NCBI RefSeq assembly: GCF_000196355.1
Contig: NC_007614.1
Coordinates: 1,380,001 to 1,412,000 of the forward strand
DNA length: 32,000 nucleotides
From: Nitrosospira multiformis ATCC 25196
GTDB taxonomy: Bacteria; Pseudomonadota; Gammaproteobacteria; Burkholderiales; Nitrosomonadaceae
Reading direction: 5' to 3'
Shown: in pieces, positions 20,698 through 31,939 of the stretch
Numbering within the stretch: position 1 is the stretch's first letter
Layout: each line of letters opens with the position of its first letter
The notes under the pieces: generated by a model
Database searches by the model: none
The model's input: only the letters and a program-made list of their open reading frames with translations
Told to the model about the DNA's origin: nothing
Program-made: the position numbers and the translations under genes

Positions 20698-21357
20698 TTA
20701 TTCCAGGGATATACGCAGCGCGACCGCGGTACTCCACGGCGCCAATACGAGAGATGCCAGCAGGAAAGCGCCTAGCAGCGACATGTGTGCTCCCGCCCCT
20801 AACCCGGCGGAGCTTGCTTCCACTGCACCCGCACCGAAAATCAGCACAGGAATGTACAGCGGCAACACCAGCAGCGAGACCAATACGCCCCCGCCGCGCA
20901 GGCCCAGAGTAAGCGCTGCGCCGATTGCACCGATCAGGCTCAGCACGGGCGTTCCGAGCAGCAGGGAAGCGGTCAGCACCAGAAGGGCATCACCCGTCAG
21001 ATCGTACTGAATGCCCAATACCGGCGCCATCAGTACAAGGGGGACCCCGGTCACGAGCCAGTGGGCCAGTGCCTTGCCCAATACGAGCAGGGGCAGAGAT
21101 TGGGGCGAGAGCAGCATCTGCTCCAGCGTGCCATCCAGATAATCGCTGGAAAACATGCGTCCCAGTGATAACATCGAGGCCAGCAGAGCAGCCACCCAGA
21201 CCACGCCTGGCGCCATCACACGAAGCATGTTCATCTCCGGCCCGACGCCAAGCGGGAAAAGACTGACGACGATGATGAAAAAAAACAGCGTCGTCAGGAC
21301 ATCGGAGCGGCGTCTTGCCGCAAGCAGAAGATCTCGGCGGAGGATCCAGAAAAACAT
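20698..21357 (-). CDS. ccmB: Heme exporter permease CcmB
   Basis: 219-aa six-TM protein with FF.IVVSLFPLGVGPE and SSDYLDGTLEQMLLSP motifs. It lies 1 nt downstream of ccmA. Confidence 0.92.
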   Translation of the reverse strand: MFFWILRRDLLLAARRRSDVLTTLFFFIIVVSLFPLGVGPEMNMLRVMAPGVVWVAALLASMLSLGRMFSSDYLDGTLEQMLLSPQSLPLLVLGKALAHWLVTGVPLVLMAPVLGIQYDLTGDALLVLTASLLLGTPVLSLIGAIGAALTLGLRGGGVLVSLLVLPLYIPVLIFGAGAVEASSAGLGAGAHMSLLGAFLLASLVLAPWSTAVALRISLE

Positions 21358-21358
21358 G

Positions 21359-21979
21359 TCAGGTGAGCTGCAGCCGCTGGATGGCGGCGCCTGCTATCTC
21401 GATTTCCTGGTGGGTGGTCATCACGATCATGCCCCCGTGTTCCAGGTGCCGCTCTATCAAACCTTGTACCAGCTTGACTGCACTCGTATCGAGTGCAGTC
21501 AGGGGCTCATCCAGTATCCAGAGCACGGTACCGCATACCAGCAGGCGCGCCAGCGTCACCCGGCGGCGCTGTCCCTGCGACAACACCTTGGCAGGCAACA
21601 GTTCGCGTCCGCCCAATCCCATGTGCTGCAAGGCGTCATGGGCCTTGCGTTCATCCAGATCAACCCCGCCCAGTGCGCTGGAGATGCGCAAATTCTCGAT
21701 GGCAGTCAGATCGTCTTTTACCCCGCCTAAATGGCCGAGATAGGTCATCGCACCAAAATAATCTCCGCCAAGAGAGCGAATCTGGGTACCATCCCAGCGG
21801 ATTTCGCCCTCGGCCGGCGAAGCCAGTCCGCACAACATGCGTAGAAGACTCGTTTTACCGCTGCCGTTGGGGCCCTGAACCTGCATCAACCCCCCGGATT
21901 CGAGCAAAAAATTGACGCCACTGAACAGCTTGCGGTCACCGCGGATGCATGTCAGGTCAATTCCTTCCAGCGTGGGCAT
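21359..21979 (-). CDS. ccmA: Heme ABC exporter ATP-binding protein CcmA
   Basis: Walker A GPNGSGKTSLLR, ABC signature LSQGQRRR, Walker B LWILDEP. Confidence 0.92.
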   Translation of the reverse strand: MPTLEGIDLTCIRGDRKLFSGVNFLLESGGLMQVQGPNGSGKTSLLRMLCGLASPAEGEIRWDGTQIRSLGGDYFGAMTYLGHLGGVKDDLTAIENLRISSALGGVDLDERKAHDALQHMGLGGRELLPAKVLSQGQRRRVTLARLLVCGTVLWILDEPLTALDTSAVKLVQGLIERHLEHGGMIVMTTHQEIEIAGAAIQRLQLT

Positions 21980-22319
21980 TATCAGTCGCCAAAAAAGTCA
22001 GCATTATAGCGTAACGATAAGGCCGATGGCCTTTGGATTGATCTTCCAGTTTCTGCGGCAGTACTGCTGGAAATCAGTATGATTTGGGTACAGCCGGGAT
22101 GTTCATGACATTACTGGTGGTGGGATTGATCAGAATAGGAGGGATAGAAGCAGGGGAGAGGGGGAACAGCAGGAATTTCGGGACAAGGTGACGGTGGCCC
22201 ATTACCTCGCTCCAAGCCTCTGGTTTGCGTTCGCCCGAAGATGTGGACCCGTCTCTCTTGTGTCAGAAGTACGGGGAGTTTTAAACATACTTCCAATGAC
22301 GTTGACAGCGGTCATTACT

Positions 22320-22347
22320 ACGGCTGCTACTCGCAGCCGTTTTTTTG
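22320..22347 (+). terminator. Intrinsic-terminator-like hairpin plus T7 run, oriented for the plus strand
   Basis: ACGGCTGC-tactc-GCAGCCGT followed by TTTTTTT (22340-22346). The loop contains the TAG stop (22327-22329) of the minus-strand 106-aa ORF. Confidence 0.5.
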
Positions 22348-22647
22348 GCTGTTTTGTTCCTTAGGAGATCTTGTCGCAATTTGTGCCGAAAGAGTGGGAC
22401 GGATAGCTATTTGCGTTACCCTGTCTCTCGCCACTTCAAGACTTGCTGGACCGCCGACAGTGGTTTTTGACTCCCGGTCGGTAATATGCGCGACAAATTT
22501 GACGCATTTCCCATGGATCTCTTTCTGGGCAAAGACGATCCCCTCGTGATCGGATAGTTTTTTTTCGGCTTCAAAACCCAGTTCCCTGAGGCATTCCTGG
22601 ATCTTGTCGACAACATCTGCTTGAATGTTACGGGACGTTTCTTTCAT
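22327..22647 (-). CDS. Hypothetical protein, 106 aa
   Basis: Strong SD (AGGAGG, 5-nt spacer) before ATG 22647. It lies 28 nt downstream of the Trp-rich ORF. The N-terminal ~65 aa look folded (MKETSRNIQADVVDKIQECLRELGFEAEKK...) and the C-terminal ~40 aa are low-complexity. No family recognised. Confidence 0.55.
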   Translation of the reverse strand: MKETSRNIQADVVDKIQECLRELGFEAEKKLSDHEGIVFAQKEIHGKCVKFVAHITDRESKTTVGGPASLEVARDRVTQIAIRPTLSAQIATRSPKEQNSQKNGCE

Positions 22648-22675
22648 TTAATCCTCCTGATTGACTCTCCTATCC

Positions 22676-23371
22676 TCAGCGAGGCAGCAGCGCAATGGAA
22701 ACATGCTCGTCGACATTGACGTTCCCGCCACCCGTGCGAGTTCCGTCGCCGGGGAGCAAATAGAGCATGTCAAATCGACGCTCCGAGAACAGTGTCAAAC
22801 GATCATCGATCATGGATTGGAGCGTTGACATGCCGCCAGGAACAGCGTTATTCAGCGTATCACTTATTGCGCCGGTGCAGAAAGGGGCGCCCCCGTCATA
22901 GTGATAGCTCCACCAATCAACGTAGGCCCCCAGTTGTCCTGATGAATCCAGATATGGAATCACGTAATAATTTATGTTTCCATCTGCCTCCGAACAATAC
23001 CAGGGAGTGGAAACATGAAAATTGAAGAAAATTCTGATCAAAAGATCCAGATCGGCGTGGCGGCCTGGATCGTTTTCATGGAAAGGTACGTGACGCCAGG
23101 GTATCCACCCTGCTTTGATGTCAGACGTTCTCCTGGCGTTTTCACCGAGTAGTCTGTCTACTGCGGCCAGAATATCCGGGGCGTTGAGTAGGGGCGGAAG
23201 ATCTATTGCGATTTCCCTGTCTTCTCTTTCCCAGACCAATGTGCTGTCCGTGGAGCCAATATTGGGCCAGTTGATCCACGCCCAACACCCGGCGCAATGG
23301 CTTATGTTCAGAAACTCCGTATTACCTCGGAAATCTGTATCACTGAACCAGTAATTCGTAAGTATGGGCAT
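22676..23371 (-). CDS. Hypothetical Trp-rich protein, 231 aa
   Basis: The track ORF runs to 23521 (TTG/ATG without SD). ATG 23371 has GGGAGAG 7 nt upstream and an AT-rich promoter-like stretch beyond. It has 10 Trp and 4 Cys in 231 aa and no signal peptide. No family recognised. Confidence 0.6.
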   Translation of the reverse strand: MPILTNYWFSDTDFRGNTEFLNISHCAGCWAWINWPNIGSTDSTLVWEREDREIAIDLPPLLNAPDILAAVDRLLGENARRTSDIKAGWIPWRHVPFHENDPGRHADLDLLIRIFFNFHVSTPWYCSEADGNINYYVIPYLDSSGQLGAYVDWWSYHYDGGAPFCTGAISDTLNNAVPGGMSTLQSMIDDRLTLFSERRFDMLYLLPGDGTRTGGGNVNVDEHVSIALLPR

Positions 23372-23527
23372 CTCGATACTCTCCCGTTTACTATTGATAT
23401 ATTTCTTCCTTTCTTTCAGTAAATTTGCCTCTAGATCTGTAAACGCTGAAACAATTCGATTTAACTTTAGTCTCGTGCAGGGATAAGTCAAGTGGGGTAA
23501 ACCTGGCGCGTGAGGCATCAAAAGTAC

Positions 23528-23991
23528 TTATTGCTTGAACTTTGCCTCGGCGCGTTGCCTGATCTGCTCCAGCGACAGATCTTCCTTACGCGTCGTGATG
23601 AACCAGATATGGCCGAAAGGATCTTGCAGCGCGCCTGACCGGTCTCCATAAAACTGGTCTTCCAGCGGCTTGATGATCTTTGCTCCTTCTCCCACGGCCT
23701 GGTCAAACACCGCATCCACATCGTTCACATATAAATGCAAACCGACCGAAGAACTGCCGGAGGATTGCGGATTACGAAAAGGGCTTTCTTCGCCGCAGTC
23801 ATCCGCCATCATGATGCGCGAGTCACCGATCCGAATCTCCGCTGGCCGACTTTTCCATCTCGCGTATCCATCCTGAACAATTCCATTGCGCTGAAAGCAC
23901 GTTTGTAGAATGCGATCGCCTCAGCTGCTCCATCGATGATGAGGTAGGGAGTGATGCTGTGGTAACCATCGGGTATGGGTTTAACAATCAT
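23528..23991 (-). pseudogene. VOC/glyoxalase-family (PhnB-like) gene interrupted by a 1-nt frameshift
   Basis: ORFs 23809..23991 (MIVKPIPDGYHSITPYLIIDGAAEAIAFYKRAFSAMELFRMDTRDGKVG...) and 23528..23812 (...MMADD...SVGLHLYVNDVDAVFDQAVGEGAKIIKPLEDQFYGDRSGALQDPFGHIWFITTRKEDLS) are the N- and C-halves of one PhnB-like protein. Shifting frame at GTCGGCCA|GCGGAGATTCGGATCGGTGAC restores the expected (H)AEIRIGDSRIMMADD. Confidence 0.8.
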
Positions 23992-24160
23992 GTGCGGTTC
24001 CTTGGTTGATTGATGAATTCCCGAAGGGAGCGGGAGGATTGAGGGCGGAAACTGGAGCTTGCCGATGAACTTGCAATTGCCCGCGAATGGGAAAGAGTGG
24101 AAGTGGAGGGTGATTGAAAGACTCCCGGCCAGGACTCCCGACCGATTCCTCCTTCGGGTG

Positions 24161-26827
24161 TTATTCGGGTTTTATCCAGGCGCCACACCGTTCATCCAGG
24201 CATTTCAACAGTGTCGGCACATCGATTCCCTGTTCTTTCAGCCTGTGTATGAGTTCCTCGCTGATCACATCCTTCTCCTGAAGGCAGTGCAGCAGGTTAC
24301 AGAAATCGTTGGCTTTTGGTTCGTTCGGATTCCATACATTACCCCCCGGGGTCGCAACCGCAGTAAGCGTGCGTTCCCGTTCAAAAGGCGTTCCCCGTGC
24401 CGTTTCACCGCGTGCACGCACCCGGATGTGGAAGACGCCTTGCACCTTGAGTGGATAGGCAGCGGTAAATTGCCCCTGTGGATCGCGGCTGAGTGGGATA
24501 AGCTCAGCAACTCCATCCGGTCGCACTATCTCCCCCCAGACCCTTGCATTTCCCTGAAGCGGCGCATCATATTCGTACAGTGCAGCGATCAGGTGAATAA
24601 TGGTATCCACCTTGAAACTCGCTTGCCTGACATACGTTGTGAAGGTCAAGCTCGAATAGATGTGCGCGACAAACTCATAAGGCAGCGCCGCGTGCTGTGC
24701 AGCAGATACCGAGGTTCCGCCCTGCAGTTTCAGTATTGCATGCCACTGCCCGGCATGGCTTCCGGCTGACTGAGCTGGAAGCACCGGCAACGCGCACCGG
24801 TAATAGGATGCATACGGGCTCAGGATGAATCGTGAATTGGTCGATCCCGGTGGTGACGCTGGCGTAATACTGGAACCGTCCGGCGCTTCAAGCTGAAAAT
24901 CGATCGCTCGCGGAAAAGGGCTCAATACGATCAGATCCATTCCATAATCCGCTTCACAGATCGAAACCGGGATACGATGCTCCGATTCCCTGCTGAGAAT
25001 ACCCCGCGGATCGGCGGTGATCTGGGCATTCGATACGCCCGCGAGAATTTGCAGGAAATACTTGCCGAGCCGCATGGGCTGGTCGCCCGAAAGTGCGCCG
25101 GTCACCAGAAGATATCCGTTATGTACCTGACATAGCGTCGCCAGTGCGGGAATGCTGATGTTGGAGGGCAGTCCCAGGCCAACCGCATAGGTATTTGCCG
25201 TGATGCTGCCCATGACGTCGGCTAGAGGCGGGGGACGATTCCACATTCCATCGGTGAGCACGACCATAGCGGTAACATCGTACGGCGTACCCGCCGTCGC
25301 TTGCGCGTCATCCAGCATCTGCTTTCCATTCACGACACCGTCACCGATGGAAGTGGCGCCAGCGGGATCGATATCGCTTCCGGCAATATGTTCAAGGGCA
25401 ATGGTCCGCCCCGTACCGCCCGGGGCAGCGCCAGCCTCCTGGATTTCCATCAGACGCTGGGCCGCTTCGTTGAAGCGGACCAAGCCGATACCGTCCGCCG
25501 GTTGCATGGCACTGATAAAAACATTGGCGGCTTCGCGCAGTTTCTGGACCTTGGAGATGCCATCGCCAGCATCTTCATTCATGCTGCCGGAGCGATCGAG
25601 CACGAGCGCGACTGCAGAACGGGGACGCGCAGTCGTGTTGGCAGCAATGTTGATTACCCAGCTTTCCCCCGTCTGGACGCAACGCACGGTAACGTTGCCG
25701 CTTGCAGTATCGCCTGGATTCGTGGAGGTGTAGGACAGCCAGAGCCGTGCGTAGGTAACCGGCAGAATCGGATCGCTCGCCACAGCAACGGAGGTGCCAT
25801 TCGGGGTACCGAATCCGCCGGTAGGGCCTGCGGTCATCTCAAATGTCAGGCTTCGGCAGGACACCACTTCCCATAGGATGGCCCGGTGTGTCGTTACACC
25901 GACACCCCCCATCCCGGCGGGAACATTCAGGAAGTTTATACTCGGGGTGGTCAGGGTGATCGATTCAGGGGGAAGAAACAGTTGCAGCGTTTGCCGGATT
26001 ACGCCTGCGCAGACGGGACAGAAAGGGGCGTAATCCCGCATATAACAGCTTGGCAGAGGGCGATAGGTGTCGCAGTCCGAGTAAATTGCGCCTTCATAGG
26101 TGCCTACCGCACCCGCTGCGGGAGGCATCGCGGGTGGGACGCAGACGGAGGCCGCGCAACCGGGGTCGCATTGTGACGGCATGGGAGTGCCCGGCGCGAT
26201 GAGGTCGCGCCACTTGTTAGTGGTGCGGCTGGTATCGCGTGTTACATTCGGCTGAGAGGGTTCTCCCGCCGGTGTGCCTGCGCCATTCCCTCCATACTCA
26301 TCGGCCAGTCCAAAAGCGCTGTGTCCCATTTCGTGGATCGCTATCTGCGCCGCCTGGGCATGGGTAGAGCACGTGGCGATCATTCCACCTGATCCTCCAT
26401 ACTTGCTCGAATTGACTATGCAAAGCACCTGATGCCTGAGCGGGACCTGGGCGGACGCAACGGACAACGCGAGCGCGGCATCCACGGTGAGCAGACGATC
26501 GAGCGGTGTTCCGGCAAAGATGCTGCAAAATGTCGCGTCAAAATAGGTATTGGCCGTGGTTGGAGTTCCTCCGGCGCATCCCGGATCGTCCGCGCCGCTT
26601 TCATTCGACACGATGTCGACACGGTGTACATTGATCCCGCAGAAGAGTTCGTCCAGGGGCGGAGTAGTGCGCAGGGCCGTGACAAAGTTCTGTACGTCGG
26701 TATGATACTGCGCCAACTCGGTCGCACGATATCCATCACCCAGGATGACCAGATTCCATCGGACACTATCGGAGCCGTGATCAACGATCTTCGTGGTGCC
26801 CACGACATACCCGTCACTCGCACTCAT
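24161..26827 (-). CDS. M64-like zinc metallopeptidase fused to a vWA domain and C-terminal beta-rich domains (888 aa), no signal peptide
   Basis: M64 hallmarks: RWNLVILGDGY, VNSSKYGGSGG, HEMGH (aa 165-169 = nt 26321-26335) followed by GLADEY, then YEGAIY..C..YRP...CYM.....FCPVC. vWA domain at aa ~403-590 with a complete MIDAS: DRSGS (aa 411-415 = nt 25583-25597), GATSIG, VLTDG. The C-terminal tail has 4 Cys (FCNLLHC...KCLDERC). Confidence 0.85.
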   Translation of the reverse strand: MSASDGYVVGTTKIVDHGSDSVRWNLVILGDGYRATELAQYHTDVQNFVTALRTTPPLDELFCGINVHRVDIVSNESGADDPGCAGGTPTTANTYFDATFCSIFAGTPLDRLLTVDAALALSVASAQVPLRHQVLCIVNSSKYGGSGGMIATCSTHAQAAQIAIHEMGHSAFGLADEYGGNGAGTPAGEPSQPNVTRDTSRTTNKWRDLIAPGTPMPSQCDPGCAASVCVPPAMPPAAGAVGTYEGAIYSDCDTYRPLPSCYMRDYAPFCPVCAGVIRQTLQLFLPPESITLTTPSINFLNVPAGMGGVGVTTHRAILWEVVSCRSLTFEMTAGPTGGFGTPNGTSVAVASDPILPVTYARLWLSYTSTNPGDTASGNVTVRCVQTGESWVINIAANTTARPRSAVALVLDRSGSMNEDAGDGISKVQKLREAANVFISAMQPADGIGLVRFNEAAQRLMEIQEAGAAPGGTGRTIALEHIAGSDIDPAGATSIGDGVVNGKQMLDDAQATAGTPYDVTAMVVLTDGMWNRPPPLADVMGSITANTYAVGLGLPSNISIPALATLCQVHNGYLLVTGALSGDQPMRLGKYFLQILAGVSNAQITADPRGILSRESEHRIPVSICEADYGMDLIVLSPFPRAIDFQLEAPDGSSITPASPPGSTNSRFILSPYASYYRCALPVLPAQSAGSHAGQWHAILKLQGGTSVSAAQHAALPYEFVAHIYSSLTFTTYVRQASFKVDTIIHLIAALYEYDAPLQGNARVWGEIVRPDGVAELIPLSRDPQGQFTAAYPLKVQGVFHIRVRARGETARGTPFERERTLTAVATPGGNVWNPNEPKANDFCNLLHCLQEKDVISEELIHRLKEQGIDVPTLLKCLDERCGAWIKPE

Positions 26828-27294
26828 TGCATGTCCCCTTTCTCTCCCCTCGGTATGTCAAACCGGGCCAACTCGGTTGAGGTGGCACGCTGCTGCGCGC
26901 CCGCAGCAGAAAGAGCGGAAAGGTCCAGCGACTCACCTATCAGGGCAATGGATTCGGCAGCAGGATTATCCGGAAGAAGCACTTCAAAAATACTCTCCTT
27001 GACCTCCCCAAATTTTCGTTCGATCTTGCCATCGGGTGAGTGCACCTCAACGGAGCCGATGAGCGGGGAATGGATAAGCCGATGAAACAGGACGTGGTTG
27101 TTCCCGTCCCGGAGTTCCATCCAGAAGCCACCATTTTTCCTGGCCTGAGGGGCTTCTCCGACCGAAGGCGGACAAATCATGGGAAGCCGCTCATACGAGA
27201 CAAGGTGAACCGCTCCATCTGCAACCCGGAATGTGAGTCTCAGCGTCCCGTGCTGATTGGGCTCGAGCCGGCGGGATTGATTCGAATTTGGCAT
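26824..27294 (-). CDS. Hypothetical protein, 156 aa, translationally coupled to the M64-vWA gene
   Basis: Strong SD AGGAGAAAG before ATG 27294. Its stop overlaps the downstream start as ATGA (26824-26827). The sequence is beta-rich with no TM or signal peptide. No family recognised. Confidence 0.65.
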   Translation of the reverse strand: MPNSNQSRRLEPNQHGTLRLTFRVADGAVHLVSYERLPMICPPSVGEAPQARKNGGFWMELRDGNNHVLFHRLIHSPLIGSVEVHSPDGKIERKFGEVKESIFEVLLPDNPAAESIALIGESLDLSALSAAGAQQRATSTELARFDIPRGEKGDMQ

Positions 27295-27453
27295 GCTTTC
27301 TCCTGTGAGTAGGAGGGTATGGTTTGCGGCGGCGATGCGTTGAAACTCGGTTCGCCGGTTCTAGTCCTGATGCCTGCTCCTGTTTACATGCGCTGTTCGC
27401 ACCCTGTGCGTTCCTGTTCGCCCGCCGAATCCGCTGAGCTATCCGGAGCCATC

Positions 27454-28395
27454 TCAAGCTTCCACAGTCTTACGTTCAAGCGCGTCCCTATCCCAATGGG
27501 CGAGAGTGGCGGCTGCTTCATAAGTGGTTTGAAAAAACGAGAGAAGTGTCTGCGCAGGGTTCCCGGTTGTTCGCACGGCCTCATACGGCAGGATGAATTC
27601 GCCGAGCTTGTCATGAAAATAAGCTGCCTGCGGCTGAACCTTGTATTCGTTGAAGCCCGCAGGGGTGGGGTAGGCATAAGCATAAAAGGCCGCCTCTCCC
27701 AGCCCTGTTCCAGGCCAGAAGCCTGCACTCGATACCTCGTGCGAATAGGCCTCTTCCATTACGCGAGCGGCAACGTTAGGCGCGCCCCCCGGATGCTTCG
27801 GCGCAGTTCGCCCCGAGAACCGGGTTACCGCGAGATCGAATGCGCCCCAGAAGAAGTGCACCGGACTCACCTTGCCTGTGAAGCGGGCTCGGAAAGCCTT
27901 CAAGACACAGTCCGCCTGCACCAGGGCGCGCCAGAAGAGGGAAACTGCGTCTTTATCATAGCTTGCATGCTGGTCATCCTTCTCGAAAGGAATAGCCACT
28001 TCCACTTCCACCGGCCTTGCAAGGATTTTTACCTCGATGCCGAGTTCTTGAAGCGCCTGCATGGTCTTGTGGTAGAAATCAGCAACCGACATCGGCTCCA
28101 GCGCGAAGGTGTGATCAGCGCCCTTTGATGTGGTGATGTGAAGCGTGTGCGCGATAAAATCGAAATCGATGGCGAAGGTAAATATCCCGTAAGGAATGGG
28201 CGAAGTGGTGAGGCCACGGGTGGTGACATAAAGCGTGGAGCCCCAGCAGTGGTTGATATCCGGGGAAAGCATAAGCCTGATCTTCCCCACGACTTGAGTC
28301 CACATATGGAGGGTATTGCAGGTATCCTGCCAGGCTTCCAGGGGAGGCAGTTTCAGCCAGCCATTCCCCATATCCGCTATATGTTTATTTATCAT
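27454..28395 (-). CDS. Conserved hypothetical protein, resembles DUF5996 family
   Basis: LPPLEAWQDTCNTLHMWTQVVGKIRL.L.P..NHCW...LYVT.RGLTTSPIPYG...F.I.FDFI.H.L matches my memory of proteins annotated DUF5996. I chose ATG 28395; the start is uncertain because there is no clear SD and the track ORF extends to 28452. Confidence 0.6.
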   Translation of the reverse strand: MINKHIADMGNGWLKLPPLEAWQDTCNTLHMWTQVVGKIRLMLSPDINHCWGSTLYVTTRGLTTSPIPYGIFTFAIDFDFIAHTLHITTSKGADHTFALEPMSVADFYHKTMQALQELGIEVKILARPVEVEVAIPFEKDDQHASYDKDAVSLFWRALVQADCVLKAFRARFTGKVSPVHFFWGAFDLAVTRFSGRTAPKHPGGAPNVAARVMEEAYSHEVSSAGFWPGTGLGEAAFYAYAYPTPAGFNEYKVQPQAAYFHDKLGEFILPYEAVRTTGNPAQTLLSFFQTTYEAAATLAHWDRDALERKTVEA

Positions 28396-28744
28396 AGTAT
28401 TATGATGATGCGGTGACACGGGAAAACAGAGAAATCGCAATGACCACGACACGTATTTTCATCTGGCATGCTTATATCAAACCAGCTCGAATGCACTGGC
28501 CTTACAGTTTTTTCTAGTTCATGTTGTTTCAAATAGCAAGAAAGCTTGAAAGACCTCCCGTAACAAGAAATCTGGAGAAACTCAGATCAATAAATTCGTT
28601 CTCTGAAAGTGGGGGAGAGGAAAGGGATAATCTTCACTTTCCGTGGTGGCAGGCGGCAGATCATCGTTTCAAAAGCTGATCGCGAAGGGCATGCGGGTTT
28701 TGGAGCAGGGTGGCCAGTCCGAGGACGGAACATTTTTTCAGTAA

Positions 28745-29747
<1,003 letters not shown>

Positions 29748-29969
29748 GTACCGTCCGCCCGCTGACTTCAAGGGGACAGAAGGAGCAGAGGGAGCAAAGT
29801 CCGAATCAAAAGGAAGTCTTGATGCGACTTGGCCAGCCGAACATGATGAAGTTCCAAGGAGACGTTACGGCTGTAACAAAGATCGGGTATAAGGAGAAGA
29901 GGGTGAATTCGGCGCTTCCCTGGCACTTCATCCATAAAACACGACTTTGCCATCCAGCCCCAGTCCAAT

Positions 29970-29998
29970 TTGAGTGGCGAGGTGTTTTCAGGTATCAT
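29970..29998 (+). promoter_or_regulatory. Candidate sigma70-type promoter TTGAGT-N17-TATCAT upstream of pyrG
   Basis: Hexamers at 29970-29975 and 29993-29998 with a 17-nt spacer. The predicted TSS at ~30005-30007 coincides with the ATG of the upstream ORF. This is a pattern match only. Confidence 0.3.
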
Positions 29999-30006
29999 AT
30001 ACGTCC

Positions 30007-31811
<1,805 letters not shown>

Positions 31812-31939
31812 CTGTATTGTTGGAGGCGCCTTTCAAGATCGTTTCAGCCTCTAGTCCTCAGGCCGATTCTCCGGTAGTCCTCGGAGAGTGGCAGAATCGT
31901 TTTCAATAACTTGCAGATAAATGATCAGGGAAAAATAGC

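Noticed and set aside
23528-23991. Treating 23809..23991 (60 aa) and 23528..23812 (94 aa) as two separate small genes
   Set aside because: Together they reconstitute one VOC/PhnB-like fold with a clean 1-nt frame break. Neither half would be a complete domain.
24059-24769. 236-aa plus-strand ORF; likewise 27319..28128 (269 aa), 25200..25876 and 26432..27085
   Set aside because: They are antisense to the M64-vWA gene, the 156-aa ORF and the DUF5996-like gene, all of which have motifs and/or strong SDs. I treat them as shadow ORFs.
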